64,000 bases of DNA from Promethearchaeota archaeon (GTDB taxonomy: Archaea > Asgardarchaeota > Lokiarchaeia > Sigyniarchaeales > SOKP01): the NCBI GenBank assembly GCA_019057865.1, contig JAHLWP010000001.1, positions 128,001-192,000 of the forward strand, read 5' to 3'. The position numbers were made by a program, and so were the translations under genes. Positions within the stretch are counted from its first letter, which is position 1, and the number at the start of each line of letters is the position of its first letter. A model generated the notes under the pieces. That model was given only the letters and a program-made list of their open reading frames with translations, ran no database searches and had not been told where the DNA came from. Of the stretch, positions 1-10,350 are shown one piece after another.

Positions 1-1
1 T

Positions 2-418
2 AGCCATATATCCCCAATAACATGTTGCATTTTGTGCATGACCTGATGGGAATCCATATGATGGTTCAATAAAGCCATAGTCTTCAGCAGGATCAATATT
101 TGTATCTGGTCTTGTGTCTTTGGGTATTTCTTTTACCAAATGGTTAAAATAATATGAGAATAATATAGGTAAGATAGTCCTTTTAGCTAATTTCTTATCA
201 TAACCTATAAATATGATTGCAGTTAAAATTACAAAAGTAATGGCCTCACCAAGATAGGTAATAGCTCCGAATATTGTCTGGATAGTAGAACTTTCACTAT
301 AAAATTCTTCATTAAATCCTAAAGCATAAAGTACTAATCCTACAAGGAGAATAATTAGAGCTATAGCTCCAATGATGATTAATCCATTTCTAGATAAATA
401 TTTTTCTTTTTCAGACAT
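2..418 (-). CDS. PAP2-family membrane phosphatase (runs off the window edge)
   Basis: Not in the ORF track. Manual minus-strand translation from ATG 418: MSEKEKYLSRNG...VKEIPKDTRP...SYGFPSGHAQNATCYWGYMA, with PAP2 motifs KxxxxxxRP and PSGH and hydrophobic segments. Confidence 0.85.
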   Translation of the reverse strand, partial: MSEKEKYLSRNGLIIIGAIALIILLVGLVLYALGFNEEFYSESSTIQTIFGAITYLGEAITFVILTAIIFIGYDKKLAKRTILPILFSYYFNHLVKEIPKDTRPDTNIDPAEDYGFIEPSYGFPSGHAQNATCYWGYMA

Positions 419-570
419 CTTAAAGATCCAAATTTTAATTAAATTAGATTATATTTGATAAAGATGATAATATAGTTAATAAAGATTAATATCTAATTTT
501 TTCAAGTTCAATTGAACTTTATTAAAATTAAGTTCTTTCCTTAGTGTATTTTCTATTAATTATTAACTAA

Positions 571-1206
571 TTAATCAATCTTAATTTTTTTATGTTTTTC
601 ATCAACTTTTTTGAGTTCAATTTCGAGGATACCATTGCTATACCTTGCTTTGGCATAATCTGAATTAATTGTTGATGGTAATTCAACTTCTTTATAATAA
701 TGTCTATTAGCATTTTCTTTAGTAGAAATTGTTATACTATGAATTGTTGCTTTAAGTTCAATATCTTCTCGATCAACTCCTGGCATTTCAGCTATTACGA
801 TAATAATGTCTTCTTCTTCATTGACTTCTACTAAAGGCTCTCTTTTTGATTTTACAACTGGTTTCCCAGAAGATGAGGTTGGTTCAAGATTTCCAAAAGA
901 ATCAATCGTTGGTTTGCCATCAGGACCGATATTTATGTTAAAACCGTACATTATTGGAAAACCAAATTTTGATTTATTTTTCATAAATTCTTTTACAATA
1001 TCTTCTGGAGATAGATTCTGAAACTCTGGTGGGAAGCTTTTTGAAATTTTATTATAAATATCTCGAATTATATTTTTGAAATCCTTATGCTTAAACAATT
1101 TATTTGGGTCAATCATGAATCTACTTGGATCTTCAAAAAATTTGAAAAAATCAAAGGGTTCTTCTTCTTCTTCATTTTCGTCATCATCTTCATTTTTTTT
1201 AGGCAC
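571..1206 (-). CDS. hsp20: Archaeal small heat-shock protein Hsp20
   Basis: YGFNINIGPDGKP..FGN, REPLVEV, AEMPGV and ARYSNGILEI match the alpha-crystallin domain; C-terminal IKI motif. Confidence 0.92.
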   Translation of the reverse strand: MPKKNEDDDENEEEEEPFDFFKFFEDPSRFMIDPNKLFKHKDFKNIIRDIYNKISKSFPPEFQNLSPEDIVKEFMKNKSKFGFPIMYGFNINIGPDGKPTIDSFGNLEPTSSSGKPVVKSKREPLVEVNEEEDIIIVIAEMPGVDREDIELKATIHSITISTKENANRHYYKEVELPSTINSDYAKARYSNGILEIELKKVDEKHKKIKID

Positions 1207-1400
1207 TCTTTATCATCTCCTTAGTATTTTTGATTATCTTATTATCAAATAAATTTAATAGGTAAAATTATTAATTAAATATTATAATAGCTAGAAACTA
1301 AATAGATTATATGCTATTAAAAATTGTTTATGTTAATAAATTTAATTTATATCAAATAAAAATTAGATAATATCATAAAATCAAGAGGAAATCGAAACCT

Positions 1401-3233
1401 ATGTATAGTGAGCTGTCAGATGACGATAAAAATATGTATCTCGACGTCCTCCGAGAAGCACCAATCCTTCCCTTCTCAAATTTCGTCAGTAGGGGCAATA
1501 TCCCAGACCGTATTGATATAGCTAGACCTAGGAGCTATATAGACAGAGAAGTATATAGATTAGTGCGCCAGACTTACCGAGATCGAAGTAGCAGGTTAAT
1601 CCCTATCCTAGGATCAGCTGGAACTGGAAAGACCCACGCATATCATTCTTTCAAGGACAAGGAAAGAGAAAACAAAAAAAAAATGGAAAGTGCTATAGAA
1701 TCACAAGAGATAGAAGTAGGTCAATTAGAACCTGTAAATTGGACTATTGTTTATGTTCCAAGTCCTCCAGCAAGTATACGTGTCCTCCTTCATGTTTATA
1801 CTTGTATAATTGAAGAATGCGGACCTGAACTCTTAGACATTGTTTCTGAAAAATTAATTGAAAAATGGGGGGGTAAAAAAGCTGGATTGTTCCAAAAACC
1901 TAAAATTGATGAAGTAATACAAAAAGGAATTAGAGAATTTCCAGGTGTTTTTGCTGATTGTGTAAAAACATTAGTTACATATCAACTCGATAAGAACAAA
2001 AAAGCATTAGCAGAGAGATGGCTTCTTGGAGAAGATTTGCAAGATGAGGATTTAAGCGAACTTGGTATTAATTCTGTACTAGAGGAGGATGACACCTGTT
2101 TATCGATGATTAAAATTATCACGGAGAATTTAGATAGGGTTCTTATTCTCTATTTTGATGAAATTGAATCCCCATATAGAATGCTCGGAGAAGTAGCAGA
2201 GCGCAAATTCCTAGAAATATTAAAGAGATTATATAATGAAGTTAAAGGTCTTGTAATTACAATTGCAGTATTAAAAGAGATTTGGCCAAGAATTATTGAA
2301 ATTGCTGATGCTCCACTAAGATCACGAATGGAACCTGAACAAGATTTAAAACCATTTAGTTTAAACGATTTAAAAATATTTTTCTCAAAATCCATGGAAG
2401 CATTTTGGGAGGAAAATAACTTGAATCCTCCTTTATATCCATTATTTCCATTAAACGAGAAATTATTAGAAATGATATATGACAAAACGCAAGGTAATCC
2501 AAGAAATTCTATAAAACTATGTAGAAGATTTATAGATAAAGTGGTTATGGATGAAATGACTGTAGATGAACTTCTGAAGGTCGGTGCGGAAATTGTTGCA
2601 ACAGCTAGACCTCCAACTGAAGTTGAAGAAGAAGCAATAGACTTTTCAAAACCGAGAGAAATTATTAAAAAAACAATTGAAGACATTTTAGCTGAGGAGG
2701 AATATTCCATAGATGTAAATCCTCAATCTATTGCTGGTGCTACTTTAAAATGCATAAATATGATAGGAGAAGAAAAAGGAAAGAAATTCAAGACGCAAAT
2801 GGAATTTAAATTCAAGCTTGGAAAAAGAGCACAAACTTTAGCAGCTTTAATTCAAGCTGAAGGTAGAAAATGGGGTATAGAGATACCATCTATTAAAACC
2901 TTCGATCGAAGTGCGGGAGTAGCGGGATATTATGCAGCAAAACGATTAAAAGATGCAATTGATCAAAAAGCAATTGATGAAGCTTTATTAATTGTACCAA
3001 CTGGCAGTAGTGGAGTAAAATTTGAAAGTATTTTACAAAACAACCCCGCTATTCATAAAATTGAGTTAAACAATGAACTTGGGGAGAGGTTAATAGAAAA
3101 TGCATTGAAGTTCCCTACAGAAGAAGGTTGGAATATCGTAAAAATAATTTTTCCAGATATTGGTGAATATTCACCTCCCGCAGTTGAAGAATCATCCACA
3201 GAGGAGAATTCTTCTGACTCGGGAAATGACTAA
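1401..3233 (+). CDS. AAA+/P-loop NTPase of unknown function with an extra C-terminal domain
   Basis: Walker A GSAGTGKT, Walker B LILYFDEIE, LRSR arginine-finger-like motif, GNPR sensor/lid motif. Confidence 0.75.
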   Translation: MYSELSDDDKNMYLDVLREAPILPFSNFVSRGNIPDRIDIARPRSYIDREVYRLVRQTYRDRSSRLIPILGSAGTGKTHAYHSFKDKERENKKKMESAIESQEIEVGQLEPVNWTIVYVPSPPASIRVLLHVYTCIIEECGPELLDIVSEKLIEKWGGKKAGLFQKPKIDEVIQKGIREFPGVFADCVKTLVTYQLDKNKKALAERWLLGEDLQDEDLSELGINSVLEEDDTCLSMIKIITENLDRVLILYFDEIESPYRMLGEVAERKFLEILKRLYNEVKGLVITIAVLKEIWPRIIEIADAPLRSRMEPEQDLKPFSLNDLKIFFSKSMEAFWEENNLNPPLYPLFPLNEKLLEMIYDKTQGNPRNSIKLCRRFIDKVVMDEMTVDELLKVGAEIVATARPPTEVEEEAIDFSKPREIIKKTIEDILAEEEYSIDVNPQSIAGATLKCINMIGEEKGKKFKTQMEFKFKLGKRAQTLAALIQAEGRKWGIEIPSIKTFDRSAGVAGYYAAKRLKDAIDQKAIDEALLIVPTGSSGVKFESILQNNPAIHKIELNNELGERLIENALKFPTEEGWNIVKIIFPDIGEYSPPAVEESSTEENSSDSGND

Positions 3234-4153
3234 ACTTTATTAAAGAGTTCTTTTATTTTTTTATCTAATCTATATAATTCTTTTGCTAATTGAGTTGCAT
3301 TATGAGTACTTTTTTTTAATTCTGTTAAAGTTTTGATTAATTCATCTTCTTCAAAAGTATTAGAAAGATATAGTAATCTATCAATTGGTTCTGCTAAATC
3401 ACCATAAAGGTACAATCGATTACTTTCTAAATCGTTAAATACTTGTTCTAAAACTTTATAGAGATCCTCACGTTCTTTTATTAAATCAGGAAAATTGCCA
3501 ACTTGTTCTGCTTTATTTTTTAAAAATGAAACGATTTCCTCTTCTTGAATCTTTGCGGCAAGTTCAGCTGCTTTAAGGAAACTCCTTTTAGCCTTCTTAT
3601 AAAACTTTTCTGTTAGGAATCGTTCTCCAAGTCTTACTTCAGCAGATAATCTTTCAGGAATTTCTTCCCCCAAATCGATTAATTCTCTAGCTTCTTGAAG
3701 TTTTTCCTCATCTAATAATTGTTTAGTTTTCTCATTAATAGTTTCTTTCACGATTGTTGGTTCTTTTAATTTCTCCATTAGACTCAAAGCAGAATTTAAT
3801 GTTTTTTTAAGTACCTCGCTCATATTTTTTTTATCACTAGTGTAATTTTGAATAACTGATTCTTCGATTTTTTGAAATAAACTTTTTAATGAAATTAGGT
3901 CTTCTCCTTCTCTTAAAATAAAGCCTAAATAAATGTTGTCCTTTTGTAGAGATTCTGCATTTACCTTGCGGAAATAATAACGAATGTTTTCTTTTCTAGC
4001 AGTAGCATCCAAAAACTCTTTAACTTTATGCTTTTCAGAGAATTCCTTTAAAATATTGGGAGGGACTTTATCGTCTATGTCTAAGTAGTATTCAGCTAAT
4101 ATATTAGGACCAAAAGATGGGTCAATTTCATATAAAAAAATTGCACTTGGCAT
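3230..4153 (-). CDS. uDENN/longin-like domain protein with helical C-terminus
   Basis: N-terminus AIFLYEIDPSFGPNILAEY resembles the hhhhxxF(D/H)xxxGP start of uDENN/NPRL2-type longin domains; helical repeat region follows. Confidence 0.55.
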   Translation of the reverse strand: MPSAIFLYEIDPSFGPNILAEYYLDIDDKVPPNILKEFSEKHKVKEFLDATARKENIRYYFRKVNAESLQKDNIYLGFILREGEDLISLKSLFQKIEESVIQNYTSDKKNMSEVLKKTLNSALSLMEKLKEPTIVKETINEKTKQLLDEEKLQEARELIDLGEEIPERLSAEVRLGERFLTEKFYKKAKRSFLKAAELAAKIQEEEIVSFLKNKAEQVGNFPDLIKEREDLYKVLEQVFNDLESNRLYLYGDLAEPIDRLLYLSNTFEEDELIKTLTELKKSTHNATQLAKELYRLDKKIKELFNKV

Positions 4154-4284
4154 TTTTCTTATTCTTCCTTCATTTTGTTTTCGTAATTAATTTAATATTA
4201 TAGAGTTAATATGCTTTTGATTTTAAATTTTTATTTGATCTAAATAATTTAGGTAATATCTAAAATAAACATAGGTGGTAAATA

Positions 4285-5202
4285 ATGGCAACTGTTGAAG
4301 ATATTTATTGTGAAGCTTTTGAAGGCTTAGTAGTACAATTACAAATCACAGCTCAAGATCGAGAATTTTTAAACAGAGCAGCAAATGCATTTACTGCTCT
4401 TCCTTCCACGGTTTTTGGAGATGCTGAAGGTGGAATAGTTAGATGGCTTACAGAAAAAGAAACTATTGATGGTAGACCAGGAGCAATTGTACAATTATGG
4501 GTTACTGGTACTGGCAAAAGATCTCATGCAAAATTTTATGATCAATTAGGAAGAAGGATAAGGCAAGGTATTCTTGTTGTTCCTACCACCGCAGTTTTCG
4601 ATTACTTTCCTAAGGATGTTGATACTAAATTCAATATGATGAGTAATGTAGGACACTGTGGTGATGGATATGAATGGATTGTAGAAGAGTATAATCGTAA
4701 ACTAATTAATGTCCCTATTATGATGGGATATGACTTTCTAATTGAAGAGGAACTTTCATATGCGAAGGGTGTTATGGGAGGCAATTTGTGGCTCTTCTGT
4801 GATTCTGTAGATTCTAGTGTAAAAGTAGGACGAGAAGCAGTAAAAATTATTACAGAAATTGACGATGTTTGCACTACATTTGATATATGTTCTGCTGGTT
4901 CTAAACCTGAAACAAATTTCCCCGAAATTGGACCATCAACAAATCATCCTTATTGTCCAACTTTAAGAAATAAATTACGATCAGAAGAATTTAAAGTTCC
5001 TAAGGGAGTAGAATCAATTCCAGAAATAGTCTTCAATGCTCTTAATATTGATATTGTGAAGGAAACAATGTTAAAAGTAATTCAAGGGATAATAGATATG
5101 GATGGTTTAATAAAAATCTCATCTGGAAATTATGGAGGTAAGTTAGGTAAATATAAAATCCATTTACGAGAATTAGAATTAAATAATAAATATTTCTATT
5201 AA
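4285..5202 (+). CDS. ftr: Formylmethanofuran--tetrahydromethanopterin N-formyltransferase
   Basis: TIDGRPG, GDGYE, GVMGGN, SAGSK, STNHPYCPTLR, GNYGGKLGKYKIHL motifs. Confidence 0.93.
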   Translation: MATVEDIYCEAFEGLVVQLQITAQDREFLNRAANAFTALPSTVFGDAEGGIVRWLTEKETIDGRPGAIVQLWVTGTGKRSHAKFYDQLGRRIRQGILVVPTTAVFDYFPKDVDTKFNMMSNVGHCGDGYEWIVEEYNRKLINVPIMMGYDFLIEEELSYAKGVMGGNLWLFCDSVDSSVKVGREAVKIITEIDDVCTTFDICSAGSKPETNFPEIGPSTNHPYCPTLRNKLRSEEFKVPKGVESIPEIVFNALNIDIVKETMLKVIQGIIDMDGLIKISSGNYGGKLGKYKIHLRELELNNKYFY

Positions 5203-5210
5203 AGAGATCT

Positions 5211-5879
5211 TTATATTAAATCTTTATAATTTTCTACTTTTTGAAAGCCTGCGAGATGTTTCCTATACATTTCATATTTTTCTTCGAATACTTTATCAAT
5301 ATCATTAAGTGGTAGATCAGCATGAGTCCCTCTATCTCCGACATATTCTCCAAATTTGTTTCCATTGGCATCATAGGGAGGAAAAACAGCATCATTCTCA
5401 CCATCAAATTCAACCATTGGAAGAAATCCTCCTCTTATAGCAGTTTGTTGATCAAATGAAGGTGTTAATTTTACCCACTTATTGTCTAAATAAAATTCAC
5501 TATATCCATGGTAGTACATGACGTTGTGGCCCATATAATCAATAACTTTTTGGGAAACAAGGTGATTGATAAGGTCACATAAATGAATCCGTGCAGGTAT
5601 CCCGACTGCTCTAGCCAATGTTGATAATAATATAGATTTTGAAACACAAAAACCTTCTCGTCGGTGTATTGTCTTGCTAGCCATAAAATAATTTTTCACT
5701 TTCGGGACAAACAATGCCATGTTATATTTTATTTCATCTCTTACCCAATAGAATAAAGCAATGGCTTTTTCCTTTTGACTCTCTAAACCATTAGTAATTT
5801 CAATTGCTTTATTCATGACAGATTTTTTATTAAAATCAAAAAATTCACTAGGCAGTAGATAAATACTTAAATCCTCCAT
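5211..5879 (-). CDS. Transglutaminase-like (Cys-His-Asp) protein
   Basis: VRDEIKY, GFCVSKS..LARAVGIPAR, HGYSEFY, WVKLTPSFD. Confidence 0.88.
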   Translation of the reverse strand: MEDLSIYLLPSEFFDFNKKSVMNKAIEITNGLESQKEKAIALFYWVRDEIKYNMALFVPKVKNYFMASKTIHRREGFCVSKSILLSTLARAVGIPARIHLCDLINHLVSQKVIDYMGHNVMYYHGYSEFYLDNKWVKLTPSFDQQTAIRGGFLPMVEFDGENDAVFPPYDANGNKFGEYVGDRGTHADLPLNDIDKVFEEKYEMYRKHLAGFQKVENYKDLI

Positions 5880-5937
5880 ATATAGTAAAAAAAAGGGTGG
5901 TTCTTAAAGATTTTTTTAATTAAAAATAATGTATTTT

Positions 5938-6588
5938 TTACTTTCTATTAAGAGTTTTAATCCCTTTTTCAAATACATATTTGTAATATTTCTTTCTTAT
6001 AACTCGATCCATCTCATCATAAGGAAGTTCAGCATATACTCCTCTATCTTTGATGTATTCAATGAAGAGTTTCCCTTCAGGAGTGTATTTAGAGAGAATT
6101 CCATCATGCACCCCATCAAATTCTACAAGTGGTAAGAAACCTGCTCTTTGGGCGGTATTTTTATCAAATACAGGGGTTGCTTTTACCCATTTATTATTAA
6201 TATATATCTCACTATATCCATGATATAAAAGAATGTTCGTTCCTAAAAGATCGATTGTTTGTTGAGGTACTTTATTATTCCTAATATCTGCTAAATGAAC
6301 TTTTGCGGGAATTCCAACTGCTCTTGCAAATGAAGATAATAAAACTGCTTTTGAAACACAGAATCCATAACCTCTGCGTAAAGTTACACTTGCTTTGAAA
6401 TTTGATTTAATCATATAAAATGCACTCATCATATACCTAATTTCGTCTCTTACCCAGTAAAATAACGCTATAGCCTTTTCTTTATCGGTTTTTAAACCTT
6501 CAATAATCTCAAAGGCTTTATCACTTACTCTCTTTTTATCAAAATCGAGAAATTCAGTAGGTTGTAAATAGTTAGTTAGATCTTCCAT
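5938..6588 (-). CDS. Transglutaminase-like protein, tandem paralog
   Basis: Same motifs (GFCVSKA, HGYSEIY, WVKATPVFD); colinear with 5211-5879. Confidence 0.88.
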   Translation of the reverse strand: MEDLTNYLQPTEFLDFDKKRVSDKAFEIIEGLKTDKEKAIALFYWVRDEIRYMMSAFYMIKSNFKASVTLRRGYGFCVSKAVLLSSFARAVGIPAKVHLADIRNNKVPQQTIDLLGTNILLYHGYSEIYINNKWVKATPVFDKNTAQRAGFLPLVEFDGVHDGILSKYTPEGKLFIEYIKDRGVYAELPYDEMDRVIRKKYYKYVFEKGIKTLNRK

Positions 6589-6640
6589 GATTATTAAAAA
6601 TTAAGATCATTTTAGAAAGTTTTTAAATATAAGTAAAAAC

Positions 6641-7789
6641 CTATTTCCTCCCGTTACCCCAAAAATTATATTTACCACGGCTTAAGATATGTTTCGGATC
6701 AATTGTATCTTTAATCTTTTTCATTAGTTCATAATAACCTTTCTGATAGCCTTGAATATTTACCATATGTCTACTCAGAATATCGCCAAACATATAGAAC
6801 ATTGCTCCATGCTTAATTAGTCTTTCTAAAAGGGATTTCCAAAGCTTAAGATTAATTTCTTTAATATTTTCATGCTTTTCACCATTATAATAGCTTGGAA
6901 AACTAGTAAATCCACAAGTTAACTCAATATTGCTACCTTCAGTTAATATAATTGGACCTGTGCCTGTAATTGGTCGCATTCCAGTTATCTCTAAAATTTT
7001 TTGCATGTCTTCAGAGTGTTCAATATCCCATTGATCTAAATCTTTCATGATCTTAGGATATGCATTAATAGGTACATGACATTCTGCATCTACAGGATCA
7101 AATCCAGGTATTAATCCCCATAAGTTGTGCGCTATTAACCAGTGTCCCTGTTCTTCATAATGCCATTTAGCTATATTTCCATCCGAGATTTCTGGGCCAA
7201 ATTCTTCTGCTTTTTTACCTAATATTATTTTATCTAGTTGTGTAACTTTTGCTTTTAGTTCTGTTTCCGAGTTTGCTTCAACTGTATAAAAAATTACAAC
7301 CCTTTTTCTTTTTAAATGTTCCCACATAGGAAACATTCCATATTGAATCCCAATAGATACAATTAAATCCATGAAATACATAGTATCATAAACATCAATT
7401 CCATTTTGCCTAATTTCAGTCATAATTTGAGCTGCTGTTTCAGCAGGTTTACAAGGCATTAAGAATGTTTTGTACTCTGCAAATTCTGGTTTAGGAAATA
7501 CTTGTAGAGAAACTTTTGTTTTTACGCCAAAGATTCCATTATCCCCACAAAAAAAACCTGCTAAATCAGGACCATTTCCAAATCTATTGAATGGTAATTT
7601 TGAATATTTATTAGCCTGAGAACCAGTTTCAATTATTTCTCCTGTTGGTAAAACTACTTCTAAAGAAACTAATTGGTTAGTACAAGGTCCATACTTGGCG
7701 CATCCACCACCTCCTACAGAATGATGAGAGAGTCCTCCTCCTACTGATGAAGTTAATCCAGATCCTGGACCCATGCATCCTATATAGAG
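6641..7789 (-). pseudogene. FAD-binding oxidoreductase (GlcD/D-2-hydroxyacid dehydrogenase-like, VAO superfamily), copy 3, 5'-truncated
   Basis: Homology to copies 1 and 2 begins abruptly at LYIGCMGPG (about 7789). The roughly 125 N-terminal residues with the PRGGG FAD loop are missing. Confidence 0.8.
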
Positions 7790-8034
7790 TAATGTAATAA
7801 TGGTTTTATATCTTCAATAATATGATGTGGTAGTACCTCTGGTTTGTGTTCTGCGATCACACTAATAATATAAGAGCTGGGAATGATGAATTCTTGATCA
7901 CTAAGTAATATCATTAAATTATCTAATAGCCTAGATGCATTTAGAAAACGATCTTTAGAAGAAAGTAACTTATTACATTTTGAAACAAGCGGCAACAAGG
8001 AAGGGTAATTTTTGAAATGATCAGTATTTAACAT
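7780..8034 (-). pseudogene. Short N-terminal fragment of an unrelated helical protein joined to the truncated oxidoreductase
   Basis: 84-aa ORF whose last codons lie inside oxidoreductase-homologous sequence; helical, HEAT-like composition (inference). Confidence 0.4.
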
Positions 8035-8407
8035 CTTAATTACAATGAATGTGAATTCATTATAAAAAGCGCTATAAATAATATAAGTGCTAAACCATTC
8101 TCGATTTTTTGTGGCAGTGAATTAGAAATTCATTTCTTTCAGGCTGAGTATCTGAGAGACGTTTGGTTTTAAGCGCGTCTTGTAATTTTGCTTGACATGA
8201 TAATTCTTTAACTGCATTTTCTTTACTAGTAGCGTTACCTACAAATCGTAATATTTAAAAGATATGAGGGCGAACATTTATATTATAAAGCAACAATTAT
8301 ATCAGTATACCTTAATTTTTTTAAGTAGCGTATAACAATTAATTCTATATAAATTATTATTCTAACTGTATCTAATGGAATCATAGATCACTCACATAAG
8401 GTGACAT

Positions 8408-10093
8408 ATGAATAAAAGAAATGTTGTAGTATGGATTCTTGTAGCGGCATTGGTTATATCTGGAATCAGTAATATTATTCTAGTTATAAACTATCCTCAA
8501 CCTTCCACTTCACGGGATCCTGACACACTTGTAGTGGGAATTGCATATAATCCATACACACTAGAAATTGTAAATACAAGATTCGGTCGGGATCACGTAT
8601 CAAATAATATACTTGGACAAATAGTGGAAACTCTATTTACAAATGATTTAACGGATCCGAAATTACCACGAATTAATCTATTAGCTGAATCTCATTGTTG
8701 GGAAAACACCACCACGCTTCACATCAAGCTACGTGAGGGTATTTTGTTCCAAGATGGGACTCCTTTCAATGCTACTGCGGTAAAATGGAATTTCGACCGG
8801 CTTCAATATCTTATCAATGCCACAGGAACAAATGCTGGAGAAGTTGCAGATACTCGTTCTTTATGGATGCGCCCCAATGAGAAAACTCCTATAATAAACA
8901 ACACGGCTATTACAGGTAACTATAATATCACACTCACCCTAAATGGCGCCTATGGTCCTTTTCTAAGTATGTTAACGAATATTAACACTGGAATGATTTC
9001 CCCAACCACACATATGAATGATACTTCCAGATTTATCAGTTTAAATACAGAAAATCTGGTGGGGACGGGTCCGTTTATCTATGGACATTACATTCCAAAT
9101 GTGGAAGTCGTCTTATCGAGATGGGAAGGGTATTGGAGTCATATAGCATACTTTAACAGACTACAATTCGCTATTTTTAGACCTGTTTCGGTGCTAAGAG
9201 ATGCAATGCTTCATCATCAAATCGACTACCTTATGCATTTTGAAGATGAATTCATCCCTGCTTTTGAAGCGGATGAGAGTATAATTCTAAAGAGATTTAC
9301 TGATGATACAGGCTTGCCCGGCTTAAATTACGGTTTATTGGAGTTTAATACCATTCATCTCAACGAAACATGGAGAAAAGCATTGAGCTATGCGATTAAT
9401 TATAGTTATATATTTAATGAAATGAAAGAGGGATGGGATCGAGGCACATCTCCAATTTCTCCATCGTTTGGAGCTTTATACAACACTTCCGTGAAAACTC
9501 CAGAATACAATATTACAAAAGCACGGGAAGTCATGGTATCAATGGGGTTTGGTGATATGGGATGGTCTGATGAACAATGGATCACTTCTATATTTGCTGA
9601 ACTTGGATACTATCCTTATTATTATAGCTATTTTGAGCATGAACTCAAAGAAAAGTTATTAGAATGGTATAGATTAATAGGCGTTTCTTTCTGTGGTTGG
9701 TGGGCTGTTTATCCTTTTGAAGCGTTTGAAGCATTAGATTTTTACTGGATGGGAGACGCACCAGATTTTTTTGACCCCTTTTCTATGTTATATCGGTTGA
9801 ATAACTATGAATATCTAATTTTCAGTTTTGATTGTGTGACTTATTATGTTCCTCCATTAAATGATACTTGGATTAATATCAAATTGGAACTCGTCTTAGA
9901 AACCATTGATGATGAAGCAAGAGATGAGATATATAAGGATGTTCAATGGTATTTTGCTGAGAAGCTATATCCTCATGCATTTGCATGGCATCCAAAAATA
10001 TTCTTTGTGCATTCTGCCGACCTTAGAGGTGTTCCATATAATGCAATGGAAAAATTTCAAGGAAATGTTCTATGGAGAGCAGATAATCTATAG
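8408..10093 (+). CDS. ABC transporter substrate-binding protein, family 5 (peptide/nickel type), orphan
   Basis: N-terminal TM anchor; LREGILFQDGTPFNATAVKWNFDR, VGTGPF and RKALSYAINY motifs. No permease genes adjacent. Confidence 0.9.
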   Translation: MNKRNVVVWILVAALVISGISNIILVINYPQPSTSRDPDTLVVGIAYNPYTLEIVNTRFGRDHVSNNILGQIVETLFTNDLTDPKLPRINLLAESHCWENTTTLHIKLREGILFQDGTPFNATAVKWNFDRLQYLINATGTNAGEVADTRSLWMRPNEKTPIINNTAITGNYNITLTLNGAYGPFLSMLTNINTGMISPTTHMNDTSRFISLNTENLVGTGPFIYGHYIPNVEVVLSRWEGYWSHIAYFNRLQFAIFRPVSVLRDAMLHHQIDYLMHFEDEFIPAFEADESIILKRFTDDTGLPGLNYGLLEFNTIHLNETWRKALSYAINYSYIFNEMKEGWDRGTSPISPSFGALYNTSVKTPEYNITKAREVMVSMGFGDMGWSDEQWITSIFAELGYYPYYYSYFEHELKEKLLEWYRLIGVSFCGWWAVYPFEAFEALDFYWMGDAPDFFDPFSMLYRLNNYEYLIFSFDCVTYYVPPLNDTWINIKLELVLETIDDEARDEIYKDVQWYFAEKLYPHAFAWHPKIFFVHSADLRGVPYNAMEKFQGNVLWRADNL

Positions 10094-10266
10094 AAATCTT
10101 TTTCAAATGTTATAAGAACTCTCCTTTTAGTATAGTTTGGTACTTTGGATCTCGTTTATGAAAAGATATTTTCGTTATATAACTTAACTTTTTTTTTATT
10201 CATTTTTCCATATTGATCGATGAGTCATAATAATATATATCATAATATGATTATCATCATAAATCT

Positions 10267-10296
10267 TTCTGCAGTTATGGATAATTTCCAAAACCT
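10267..10296 (-). other. Predicted 30-nt BHB intron in the Fe-S gene remnant
   Basis: CUGU-[AU^A]-GGUUUUGGA(AAUUA)UCCAUAACU-GCAG-[AA^A]-GA. Same position and length as the intron at 13068-13097. Confidence 0.72.
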
Positions 10297-10349
10297 ATAC
10301 AGGAGAATATGGCTTGCCATTCTTTTTTTAAATGTTTCAATTCAGTCAT
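10267..10349 (-). pseudogene. Remnant (exon 1 plus intron) of a second HdrD/GlpC-type Fe-S gene
   Basis: ATG 10349 gives MTELKHLKKEWQAIFSCI, nearly identical to MSELKHLKKEWKAVMSC at 13150, and sits in the same position after the FAD gene. No recognisable exon 2. Confidence 0.8.
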
Positions 10350-10350
10350 T

